From: Thermofilum adornatum
Lineage (GTDB): Archaea; Thermoproteota; Thermoprotei; Thermofilales; Thermofilaceae
Direction: 5' to 3'
Assembly: GCF_000446015.1 (NCBI RefSeq)
Contig: NC_022093.1
Coordinates: 300,001-332,000 of the forward strand
DNA length: 32,000 nucleotides
The position numbers and the translations under genes were made by a program. The number at the start of each line of letters is the position of its first letter. The stretch's first letter is position 1. Of this stretch, positions 17,669 through 25,806 are shown in pieces. A model generated the notes under the pieces. That model ran no database searches and was not told where the DNA came from. It was given only the letters and a program-made list of their open reading frames with translations.

Positions 17669-17746
17669 ATTCTCCGTTATTTTTAAACATGAATATCAAA
17701 AATTTTACCTAGAAAATTTTAAAATTGTCCAAATGTAAAAACCCGC

Positions 17747-18766
17747 GTGATAGACACAGGCCTGCTTTCAAGTTTAGCCAATGCTCTTGCACCTTCGGGC
17801 TTCGAGAAGAACGTTCGGGAAATCATCGCCGAGAGGCTCACCGAGCTCGGCTATGAGCCTGTTACAGATAATATTGGAAACGTGTACGTCGTGTTGGGCG
17901 AGGAAAGGCCAAGCCTTCTGCTTGCGGCACACATGGACGAGGTTGGACTTTTGACGTCTTTTATTACAGATAATGGTTTCCTTAGGGTCACGCCTCTAGG
18001 CGGGGTTACTCCAGAGGGGCTTCCGGGACAGGTCGTGGAAGTGTTAACAGCGAGGGGCACCGTAGAGGGCGTGATAGGGAGTACTCCTCCGCATCTAAGG
18101 ACGGGGCCCTCGAAGGAGCTCTCAATTGATGACCTATATGTTGATATAGGTGTTTCCACGAGGAAGGAGGCAGAAGAAAGGGGCGTCGAGGTAGGGACAC
18201 CTATAAGTTTCCAGGGAAACTTTAGAGACCTCGGAGACATCATAATAAGCAAGGCCCTAGACGACAGGGTTGGATGCTACGCGTTGCTAAAGGCACTGGA
18301 AGAGGGGGCCAAGCCTAGAAGGGGCAGCGTCATTGTAGCCTTCACGGTCCAGGAGGAGCTGGGGCTGAGGGGGGCATCTGTCCTTGCAAAAGAACTTGAG
18401 CCCAACTATGCTGTTGCTGTTGAAGGTACTCTTGCAAACGACGTGCCAGGCGTGCCGCCCGAAAAATACGTTACTAGGCTGGGTGCTGGCCCAGCTATCA
18501 GAATTATGGATAGGAGTATGGTTGCTGGTGTAGAGTTCTTCCGTCATATCAGGACGCTCGCGGAGCAGAACTCTTTGCCGTACCAGCTACAGATATCTCC
18601 ATACAGCGGGACCGATGCCGGAAGCTTCCTGGTTCACGGTGCGACTGTCTCTGCAGTCTCCGTACCAGTCAGGTATATCCACTCGCCAGCGTCTCTAGCC
18701 AGCAAGAGGGACATCGAAAACACGACTAAGCTTTTGCAACTATTGATAGAAGACCCGTTCCCGTGA
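17747..18766 (+). CDS. M42-family metallopeptidase (TET aminopeptidase / FrvX-CelM type)
   Basis: 339 aa with a GTG start. Metal-ligand blocks are LLAAHMDEVG, SKALDDRVGC, FTVQEELGLRGA and the C-terminal RYIHSP. Confidence 0.88.
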   Translation: MIDTGLLSSLANALAPSGFEKNVREIIAERLTELGYEPVTDNIGNVYVVLGEERPSLLLAAHMDEVGLLTSFITDNGFLRVTPLGGVTPEGLPGQVVEVLTARGTVEGVIGSTPPHLRTGPSKELSIDDLYVDIGVSTRKEAEERGVEVGTPISFQGNFRDLGDIIISKALDDRVGCYALLKALEEGAKPRRGSVIVAFTVQEELGLRGASVLAKELEPNYAVAVEGTLANDVPGVPPEKYVTRLGAGPAIRIMDRSMVAGVEFFRHIRTLAEQNSLPYQLQISPYSGTDAGSFLVHGATVSAVSVPVRYIHSPASLASKRDIENTTKLLQLLIEDPFP

Positions 18767-18772
18767 CGTGGG

Positions 18773-19411
18773 TCACTCATTGATGGCATATTTTTCTCTG
18801 CAGATTTTTTCTGCCCTTTCCATGTCCTCATACGTGTTGATATTGAATGTCTCTATTTCTGGTCTCGAGAATACCTGGTCTACTGGGACATAGTTTATTC
18901 TCAGCCTTTTCAGAGTGCTGGATATTTGTAGCATGTTCTTGGACAATGATTCTTTTACTGCTTCTAGTGCTGGTGCGACCCTGTATATTGCTATGAGTGG
19001 CTCTATATAGCCGCTAGGCCAGATAGGTATCGCCGCGTCGAAATCCTGGAGTTTTGCTCTAAGCCTAAGGAGCGAGGAGGCTTCAAGGAAAGGCGTGTCG
19101 CTGGGAATAACTATGACCGCGTCACCCGTTGAACTGGTAAGTGCAGTATAGAGGCCTATAAGGGATGCTTGGCTGTTTATCGCGTCTCTTATTATTCTAA
19201 TGTTTGTCCTTTGCTTCAGGGCTTCGAGCTCCACTTTAAGCATGTTTTCTTGTTCCTCTGTATGGACAACAATTATTATGCTTGGCTCTAGTTTTTCGAG
19301 TTTTTCTATCATGTTCATGAGTATTGGTTTTCCACATATGCGTAGTAGTGGCTTGTAGCTGTTTCCCAGTCTTTTTCCCTCGCCGCCCGCAAGTATCGCT
19401 ACCTCAAGCAA
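18773..19411 (-). CDS. mobA: MobA-like nucleotidyltransferase (molybdenum cofactor guanylyltransferase family)
   Basis: TTG start. The N-terminal signature is VAILAGGEGKRLG...KPLL..CGKPIL, with a downstream IPSDTPF block. The size (212 aa) fits MobA. Confidence 0.72.
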   Translation of the reverse strand: MLEVAILAGGEGKRLGNSYKPLLRICGKPILMNMIEKLEKLEPSIIIVVHTEEQENMLKVELEALKQRTNIRIIRDAINSQASLIGLYTALTSSTGDAVIVIPSDTPFLEASSLLRLRAKLQDFDAAIPIWPSGYIEPLIAIYRVAPALEAVKESLSKNMLQISSTLKRLRINYVPVDQVFSRPEIETFNINTYEDMERAEKICREKYAINE

Positions 19412-19458
19412 CCCTGTGCACCACTTTTGTTTTGTAATGATTGGTTATGGAAAAAACA

Positions 19459-19469
19459 TATATTTTTAA
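19459..19469 (+). promoter_or_regulatory. TATA-like box (TATATTTTTAA)
   Basis: It is centred about 22 nt upstream of ATG 19486. This supports a leaderless start at 19486 rather than the track's TTG 19441, which would leave only 29 bp to the divergent mobA start. Confidence 0.35.
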
Positions 19470-19485
19470 GAGCAAGCTAGTGCTT

Positions 19486-19911
19486 ATGAGTCATAGCATA
19501 GCGCGGATTTCCCATTACTTCATATCTATCCTGGAACTCGCAATAGCAATCTTGCTTGGTGTCAGCGTTCTACTGTCCCTCTTCAAGCTTGCAGGAGAAG
19601 CCGTCGACCTTGCTGTTACATCTACCTTTCAGCGCCAACACTTCGTCACCTTTCTAGACGAGGCACTCTTAATGATCGTGTCAATTGACCTTATGCGCAC
19701 CCTGATAACGGGTATACAGGAAAAACACATCTCCGTGATCATCGTCATAGAAGCCGCCCTCATTTTCATCGTGAGGGAAATTATAACCATGGAGCTCCGC
19801 GATGTGTCTGAAACAAGGCTTCTCATCTATGTAGTTGTTTTCGGGGCCCTTTTTGTAGCTTGGCTAATTGGAAGAAGGCAGGTAGGGATTCAGTCACAGG
19901 ACGAGGTATAG
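19486..19911 (+). CDS. Four-TM membrane protein, PsiE-like architecture
   Basis: 141 aa from ATG 19486. Four hydrophobic helices match the size and topology of the phosphate-starvation-inducible PsiE family. This is an architecture-level resemblance only. The 3' end overlaps the convergent macro gene by 22 nt. Confidence 0.45.
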   Translation: MSHSIARISHYFISILELAIAILLGVSVLLSLFKLAGEAVDLAVTSTFQRQHFVTFLDEALLMIVSIDLMRTLITGIQEKHISVIIVIEAALIFIVREIITMELRDVSETRLLIYVVVFGALFVAWLIGRRQVGIQSQDEV

Positions 19912-20459
19912 CCCGACAGCTTCTCGTGGAAAATCCTTCTAAACGTCTCGAATGCTTCTTGCCCCCACAAGACAACTCTTATCTCTTTCAAGTTATTTAG
20001 GCTTGGCGAAAGCTCCTTGACTATGTCGGCCATTATTTGTGCACATCGCTCGTAGGGGTATCCATAGATGCCAGTAGATATTGCTGGAAGGGCTATGCTC
20101 GATTGTCCCAGCTCCTCGGCCTTGAGGATAGAGTTGCGTATAGCATTTCTGAGCTTGACGTCGCCCTCGGGGTCGCCAAACTTAGGGCCAACCGCGTGGA
20201 CAACGTATTTGGCCTTGAGTTTCCCAGCAGTGGTCACGGCTACTTCGCCTTCTGGGACAGGGCCGTTCCTTTTCACCCATTCATCGCTCTCTTTCTGTAT
20301 TATTTCTCCACCCTTGCGGACTATGGCTAACGCGACTCCTCCCCCGTGCTTGAGATAGCTGTTAGCCGCATTGACAATGACATCTACGTCTTGCTCGGTG
20401 ATGTCTCCTTGGATAAGCCTCACAGTAACATTTCCTATCTTAAAACGGGTTTGAACCAC
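19890..20459 (-). CDS. Macro-domain protein (ADP-ribose / Appr-1''-p binding or hydrolase, AF1521 type)
   Basis: 189 aa with a GTG start. It carries GDITEQDVDVIVNAANSYLKHGGGVALAI, HAVGP and the phosphate-binding SIALPAISTGIYGYP motifs. Confidence 0.88.
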   Translation of the reverse strand: MVQTRFKIGNVTVRLIQGDITEQDVDVIVNAANSYLKHGGGVALAIVRKGGEIIQKESDEWVKRNGPVPEGEVAVTTAGKLKAKYVVHAVGPKFGDPEGDVKLRNAIRNSILKAEELGQSSIALPAISTGIYGYPYERCAQIMADIVKELSPSLNNLKEIRVVLWGQEAFETFRRIFHEKLSGYTSSCD

Positions 20460-20504
20460 GACAAAAAATATTTCACTGGAGATAAAAAGGTTATTGGAGA
20501 ACCA
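20460..20504. promoter_or_regulatory. 45-bp bidirectional promoter region shared by the macro and Clp1-like genes
   Basis: There are two A/T blocks, AAAAAATATTT (20464-20474) and ATAAAAA (20482-20488). Each sits about 25-35 nt from the start codon of the gene on the far side, so the two core promoters appear interleaved. Confidence 0.35.
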
Positions 20505-21782
20505 ATGCCGAAGATTACTATTCCTGAGGGCTACACGCTCATAGTTGAGGGCGAGTCTTCTTTTAGGGTTCTAGGCGGAGAGCTTAGAGCCTATGGATCA
20601 ATACTTGAGGCGGACCGCGAATACACCGTGGAGCCGCTAAGAGCTGTTCCACTCTACGCATTGAAGGATTCAGAGATAGACCTGTATACTGGCAGAGTAT
20701 CCTTTGTTAAGGGGGACACTGTCCCGCCTTCGCGTGAGGAAGTCTTCCGTATTCTCGAAAAAGACGCCAAGAAGATAATGATAGTTGGCGGACTAGACTC
20801 AGGGAAAACTTCCGTGGCTACTTTCCTCGCAAACAAGTTCGCCGAGAAAGGCGAAAAAGTCGCAGTAGTCGACGCGGATATAGGTCAGAAAAGCATTGGC
20901 CCGCCCACGACTATTGGGCTCGGCATAATAGAGAAGCCAGTGCTTACGCTTTCTGAGGCACACTTCATAGATGGGTTCTTCGTGGGAAACATAACGCCAG
21001 CAGGCCTACTACACAGGCACGTTGCAGGCGTGAAGCTCCTAGTCGAAAAGGCTGAGGACGAGCTGAAGGCAGACCGGATAATCATCGATACGACGGGCTG
21101 GGTTACAGAGCTCGAAGGCAGGGAGCTTAAGCTTTTCAAAGCCCTAGTCGCAAAGCCAGACGTTGCCCTAATCGTGTCTAGACCAAACGAATGCATACAG
21201 ATGGAGAAGATACTGGGCCAAGTAACGAAGACCATCAGGATAGACGTCCCACAGCTTGTAAAGGCTAGGGACCGCGTAGACAGGAAAGAGTACCGGAAAT
21301 ACCAGTACAGGAAGTATCTGGCCAATGCAAAGACAACAAAAGTGAGCTTCGTGGGTAGAAAAATCCTCTACACCTTGACCTTCACAGGGAACGAGCTGGG
21401 AAAAAACGAGCTCACAAGGCTTGAGTACATTCTAGGTAGCAGAGTCCACTATGCAGAGATGTCAGACGACCATGTAAGCATATTCTCTGAAAAAAGCGTC
21501 CCAGAAGAGATTTCCTCCTTCCTAAAAGCCATGTATGGACACAGGCGGGTAAGAATAATGACGGGAGCAGAGTTCATGCATACCCTCGTCGGAATAAGCG
21601 GCGACGGCAAAATGCTCAAAGGCATAGGGATAATATCTGGGGTAGATCTGTCTTCCCGTAGCTTTGAGGTACTGTCCAATGTCGACATAGGAGAAAACGA
21701 CACAATAATGTTTGGACTAGTCAAGGTGAACCCGTTGACCTTCGAGGAGGAAACAATAATAGAAAAAAACAGTATTTTTTAG
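20505..21782 (+). CDS. Clp1/Grc3-family polynucleotide 5'-hydroxyl kinase
   Basis: It has the P-loop IMIVGGLDSGKTSVATFL and the Clp1 signature VVDADIGQKSIGPP. An N-terminal beta domain and a C-terminal domain match archaeal Clp1 homologues. I moved the start from the track's 20346 to ATG 20505 because the extension overlaps the macro CDS. Confidence 0.8.
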   Translation: MPKITIPEGYTLIVEGESSFRVLGGELRAYGSILEADREYTVEPLRAVPLYALKDSEIDLYTGRVSFVKGDTVPPSREEVFRILEKDAKKIMIVGGLDSGKTSVATFLANKFAEKGEKVAVVDADIGQKSIGPPTTIGLGIIEKPVLTLSEAHFIDGFFVGNITPAGLLHRHVAGVKLLVEKAEDELKADRIIIDTTGWVTELEGRELKLFKALVAKPDVALIVSRPNECIQMEKILGQVTKTIRIDVPQLVKARDRVDRKEYRKYQYRKYLANAKTTKVSFVGRKILYTLTFTGNELGKNELTRLEYILGSRVHYAEMSDDHVSIFSEKSVPEEISSFLKAMYGHRRVRIMTGAEFMHTLVGISGDGKMLKGIGIISGVDLSSRSFEVLSNVDIGENDTIMFGLVKVNPLTFEEETIIEKNSIF

Positions 21783-21805
21783 GGAGCCACGTCCCCTCCA
21801 AAGAT

Positions 21806-22912
21806 TTATTCTGCCTCTACCGGGACAAACCTGTTCTTCAACTTCTCCAGGACAACAGGCAGAGTCGTGTATTCCATTTCTTCTGGTCCAAGCCTGTGGG
21901 GCATGAAAGGCCCATGCCGCCTCATATAGTCAGCTATTATCTGTGCCTGTTTCCGCGTCTCGTCAAACGCCGGGTCGTCAAAGAGGTCTACTGGGCCCTC
22001 TAAGTGGCCGTCATGCAAGCTGAAGCCGAGCCCGACAACCCTTGGAGGCCCGTCAAAGCGTGTACACTTGGCGTCTTTAAGGGGGACAGGCATCAGCGGC
22101 CCCGTGTGTGAGCCACGCATCCACCCCGCGACCAGGTGTGGAAAGGCAAAGGCTTCTAGCACTTCTCCCGTTGCTGGGAAGCCGTGCTGGGCTCTCACAA
22201 TCAGGACCGGGTCGTCCTTGCCCACGTAGCGGCCAGCAATAAGGTTTAGACGTGTAGCTGAGGAGACGGCAGCTATCTCGCCGTCACTCTTCCTGTAAAC
22301 ACGCTTCACAATGTAGCGGCCAGTAGTACCTATGAGCGCCAATAGGTCGTAGGTCTCTTCCGGCGTCGAGATCTTTACACCTTTGTGCTCGTACACGTCG
22401 TATACCTCAAAGATGAAGCCCGCATGCATCGAGGGGTCAATCACGAGACCCGCGGTATTAAATGGGTCAGCGTAGACCTTGTAGAGGATAAAGTTCCAAG
22501 CGCCTGGCTCTGTCTTGTCTGCGGAGAACACGAGAACAGGCTCGCTTTTCCTCTCCTCGAACTCCATCTCTGCGACTCCTGGACCCATACCCCTCACGTT
22601 TCCCGAGAACGCCTCCTTGAGCAGGTCTTGGCCGGCTCCGTACAGTTTTAATGGCTTGCTTATCTTTTCGGTTGCCTCGACAAATATGTCCCACGCCAAT
22701 TTATGTATCTCTGGGTTGTTCTCGCCACGTGTATGTGTCATGAAGAGCTGAAGGTCGTCCCCTGCGTGATATACATAGAAGTCTATTATGAGTCCTGTTT
22801 CTTTAGCCTCCTGAAGCTTTTTCCTAGCTAGCTCCTCGAGCTTTGGATGAACAACAACGTGCCCAGCTACTCCGCCAATATCGGCCTTTATTAAGCTGGT
22901 TGTTATTCTCAT
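21806..22912 (-). CDS. fbp: Fructose-1,6-bisphosphate aldolase/phosphatase (class V FBPase)
   Basis: 368 aa. The N-terminus MRITTSLIKADIGGVAGH, GDDLQLFMTH and MRGSHTGPLMPV are hallmarks of the archaeal bifunctional FBP aldolase/phosphatase. Confidence 0.95.
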   Translation of the reverse strand: MRITTSLIKADIGGVAGHVVVHPKLEELARKKLQEAKETGLIIDFYVYHAGDDLQLFMTHTRGENNPEIHKLAWDIFVEATEKISKPLKLYGAGQDLLKEAFSGNVRGMGPGVAEMEFEERKSEPVLVFSADKTEPGAWNFILYKVYADPFNTAGLVIDPSMHAGFIFEVYDVYEHKGVKISTPEETYDLLALIGTTGRYIVKRVYRKSDGEIAAVSSATRLNLIAGRYVGKDDPVLIVRAQHGFPATGEVLEAFAFPHLVAGWMRGSHTGPLMPVPLKDAKCTRFDGPPRVVGLGFSLHDGHLEGPVDLFDDPAFDETRKQAQIIADYMRRHGPFMPHRLGPEEMEYTTLPVVLEKLKNRFVPVEAE

Positions 22913-22943
22913 GTATTATTCATGTCTCATTATTAATATCAAC

Positions 22944-22950
22944 TTATAAA
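22944..22950 (-). promoter_or_regulatory. TATA box (TTTATAA on minus strand) for fbp
   Basis: It lies about 32 nt upstream of the fbp ATG (22912), inside a 148-bp intergenic region of very low GC. Confidence 0.4.
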
Positions 22951-23060
22951 TTAATATGTTAACAAGCTTAATTATGTTTTGCTGATAAAATTTATTAATA
23001 CTTTTTTAAAATCTTTCTTTACAAAATAAAATAGTTGGCTAAAAGAGCTGAAACACAGTG

Positions 23061-25733
23061 CTAGTGGTTGAGGAACTTCTTAGCTATCTCTACCGATATG
23101 AACATGGTCACAGCCACTATCGCTGCATGTGCCAGATCGTAGGCCGTAATCGGGGATATGCCGAGTAGGTTTGCAAGTTGAGGTATTGATAGGACTGCAA
23201 GCTGTAGGAGTAGAGATAAGATGAGTATCAGTGCTAGCCATTTGTTGTCTAGCGGGTTTAGTTTTAGGGATGGCTTATGCAACGAGCGTAGTGCATAGGC
23301 CATGACAAGCTCTGTGATTATAAGCGAGGTGAACACGGTTGTTCTGGCCTCGATTTCTGGCTCGCCCCTGGCCAGCAATATGTGGAAGCTTCCTGTTAGT
23401 AGGAGAGTTAAGAGGACGGGCACCACTACAAAGTAGACTATTATCTCTTTCTTGGAAAATAGTGGCTCTCCTGGCTTTCTCGGGGGCCTGAAGATTAGGT
23501 CTTTTTCTCCCTTTTCCAGGCTCAGGGCGAGTGCAGGAGGACCGTCGGTTACGAGGTTTACCCAGAGGATCTGTGTGGCTGTGAACGGGAGGGGTAGCCC
23601 GAGAACTGCGGTAGAGAGTGGTAGGAGTAGCTCTGCGAAGTTTGCCGAGAGGAGGTAGACTATGAACTTCTTGATGTTCTCGAATATTTCTCTGCCGAGC
23701 TTTATTGCTTCAACTATTGTGGCAAAGTTGTCGTCTGCTAGGATGAGGTCTGAAGCTTCTTTGGCTACTTCTGTCCCTGTTTTGCCCATTGCTATACCTA
23801 TGTCTGCGGCTTTCAGGGCTGGAGCATCGTTGACTCCGTCGCCTGTCATTGCGACGATGTGCCCCCTCTTCTTTAGGGCGTTTACTATGCGGAGCTTGTG
23901 TTCTGGCGATACGCGTGCGTAGACCCTTATTTTTTCCACCTTGCTGTAGAGCTCCTCGTCGCTCATTTTTTCTAGGTCTCTGCCGGTAATCGCTATGTCT
24001 TCTTTATTCATCATGCCTAGTTGCCGTGCTACAGCTACCGCTGTTAGTAGGTGGTCCCCAGTGATCATGGCAACGTTTATTCCTGCCTGCTTGCAGGTTT
24101 CCAGGGCCTCCTTGACTTCTGGCCTGGGGGGGTCTATCATTGATACTATGCCTAGGAAGACCAGGTTCTTCTCGGCGTCTTCCCCTATTTCCTCTTCGTC
24201 GCCCTCCAAATACCTGTATGCTAAGGCCAGGTTTCTCAGCCCCTGGGAGGCTAGTTCATCGTTTGCTTTGAGTATTTCCCTCTTGGTTTCCTCTGTTAGT
24301 GGTTGTACTTCTCCATTTATAGTAGCTATTTGTGTAGAAAGAGCGACTATTATGTCTGGGGCCCCCTTCACAAAGAGAATCTTTTTCCCGTTAAGGATGT
24401 GGAGAGTAGACATTCTTTTTCTCTCGGACGAGAATGGGACCTCGCTTAGCCTTGGCATAACCTCCTTTACTCCGGCTTTGTATGCAAGCGTCTTTAGCGC
24501 TATTTCTGTTCCGTCTCCCTGGCCAATCCATTCACCATTGATCTCTTGGAGCTCTGAGTCGTTGTTGTTTAGCCCAGCAAGTAGCAATAGTCTTAGGCCT
24601 TCGTATTGTTTCGGGTCGATGACTTGTGTGTTTATTCTGAATTCTCCCTTGGGGGCATAGCCCGTGCCTGTAACATCTATTATTGTGTCCCTCATCCATA
24701 TCTTTGTGACGGTCATCTCGCCCTTTGTCATTGTCCCCGTCTTGTCAGAGCAGATATAGGTGGTTGAGCCCAGGGTTTCTACTGCTGGGAGACGCCTGAC
24801 TATCGCGTTTCTCTTTGCCATTTTATATACGCCTATAGCCAATGAGCTCGTCACGACGACTGGTAGTGCCTCTGGGACGGCGGCAACGGCCAGGCTAATC
24901 GTCCAGATGATTATGTCTAGTACAGAGTATCCCCTTATGAAGAAGCCTGTCAGAGAGACGACGAAAGCTACGCCGATCATTAGGACTAGGAGCCACCTGC
25001 TTAGACCAGAGAGCTCCTTTTCAAGTGGCGTGGTTTTCTCCTCGGCGGACTCGATTGCCGACGCGATTTTCCCTAGCACGGTGTTTTTGCCCGTGGCTAC
25101 TACGACGGCTTTCCCCTTGCCGTAGACCACTACTGTGCCGGCGAAGGCCATGTTTACCCTGTCCGCGACTTCTGTGTCCTCTGGAAGCTTCTCTGTGGAT
25201 TTTTCGACAGGGGTTGATTCTCCTGTGAGGGGAGACTCGTCCATCCTGAGGCTCACGGTCTCAAATATCCTTGCATCTGCCGCTACTTTGTCCCCGCTCT
25301 GTAGGATGAGGACGTCTCCGGGGACAACTTCGCTTGCGTCAATCATTACTGGTTTTCCGTCGCGTAGAACGAGTGCTCTTGGGGATGCCATCTTCTTTAT
25401 GGCTTCTAGCGCGCGTTCAGCACGGTATTCTTGGTAGAAACCGATGATAGCGCTCAGGATCACTAAGACTATTATTATGATTGAGTCGAAGGCTTCGCCT
25501 ATAGAGAATGAGAGGATAGAAGCGAAGATCAAGAGTAACACAAGGGGATTTTTAAACTGGTTCAAGAAGATTATCAAGGGGTGAGTCCTCTTTTCCTCCA
25601 CGACAACATTGTATCCATATGTTCTGAGACGTTCCCCTGCCTCTACGCTTGTTAAACCCCCTGGGGAGCTCTCTAGCGTCTGGAAGACTTCGTCTATGTC
25701 GAGGGCGTGCCAGGGAGGCTGTTTATGGCTCAT
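23061..25733 (-). CDS. P-type cation-transporting ATPase (P2/SERCA-like E1-E2 type)
   Basis: It carries TGES (PLTGES), the phosphorylation site ICSDKTGTMT, the hinge MTGDGVNDAPALKAADIGIAMG, and about 10 TM helices. I set the start at ATG 25733 (MSHKQPPWHALDIDEV), 10 codons inside the track ORF. Confidence 0.92.
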   Translation of the reverse strand: MSHKQPPWHALDIDEVFQTLESSPGGLTSVEAGERLRTYGYNVVVEEKRTHPLIIFLNQFKNPLVLLLIFASILSFSIGEAFDSIIIIVLVILSAIIGFYQEYRAERALEAIKKMASPRALVLRDGKPVMIDASEVVPGDVLILQSGDKVAADARIFETVSLRMDESPLTGESTPVEKSTEKLPEDTEVADRVNMAFAGTVVVYGKGKAVVVATGKNTVLGKIASAIESAEEKTTPLEKELSGLSRWLLVLMIGVAFVVSLTGFFIRGYSVLDIIIWTISLAVAAVPEALPVVVTSSLAIGVYKMAKRNAIVRRLPAVETLGSTTYICSDKTGTMTKGEMTVTKIWMRDTIIDVTGTGYAPKGEFRINTQVIDPKQYEGLRLLLLAGLNNNDSELQEINGEWIGQGDGTEIALKTLAYKAGVKEVMPRLSEVPFSSERKRMSTLHILNGKKILFVKGAPDIIVALSTQIATINGEVQPLTEETKREILKANDELASQGLRNLALAYRYLEGDEEEIGEDAEKNLVFLGIVSMIDPPRPEVKEALETCKQAGINVAMITGDHLLTAVAVARQLGMMNKEDIAITGRDLEKMSDEELYSKVEKIRVYARVSPEHKLRIVNALKKRGHIVAMTGDGVNDAPALKAADIGIAMGKTGTEVAKEASDLILADDNFATIVEAIKLGREIFENIKKFIVYLLSANFAELLLPLSTAVLGLPLPFTATQILWVNLVTDGPPALALSLEKGEKDLIFRPPRKPGEPLFSKKEIIVYFVVVPVLLTLLLTGSFHILLARGEPEIEARTTVFTSLIITELVMAYALRSLHKPSLKLNPLDNKWLALILILSLLLQLAVLSIPQLANLLGISPITAYDLAHAAIVAVTMFISVEIAKKFLNH

Positions 25734-25806
25734 GGTCTGCACATAGCACTGTTGAAAAGGCACGGTTTAAAGTTAACTTATTTTAGAGAAGTAACAATAG
25801 TCTAGG

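Noticed and set aside
17666-17695. An inverted repeat ATATTC-N18-GAATAT overlapping the aor TATA region, considered as an operator for the ModE-like regulator.
   Set aside because: A 6-bp A/T-rich inverted repeat in a 116-bp A/T-rich spacer is expected by chance. It does not resemble the ModE operator I remember well enough to call, so I left it as something to test under the aor finding.
20346-20504. A 53-codon N-terminal extension of the Clp1-like ORF given by the ORF track.
   Set aside because: It overlaps the macro-domain CDS on the opposite strand by 114 nt and has no counterpart in Clp1 proteins. ATG 20505 is followed directly by the conserved N-terminal beta domain.
22932-22957. A direct repeat ATTAATAT at 22932-22939 and 22950-22957 upstream of fbp.
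   Set aside because: An 8-mer made only of A/T recurring in a spacer of about 21% GC is not statistically meaningful without conservation evidence.
23452-25437. A series of long plus-strand ORFs (68-221 aa) antisense to the P-type ATPase gene.
   Set aside because: They lie entirely within a well-supported 890-aa CDS carrying every P-type ATPase motif. Their products are low-complexity S/A/R/P-rich sequences, typical of antisense frames of a codon-biased gene.
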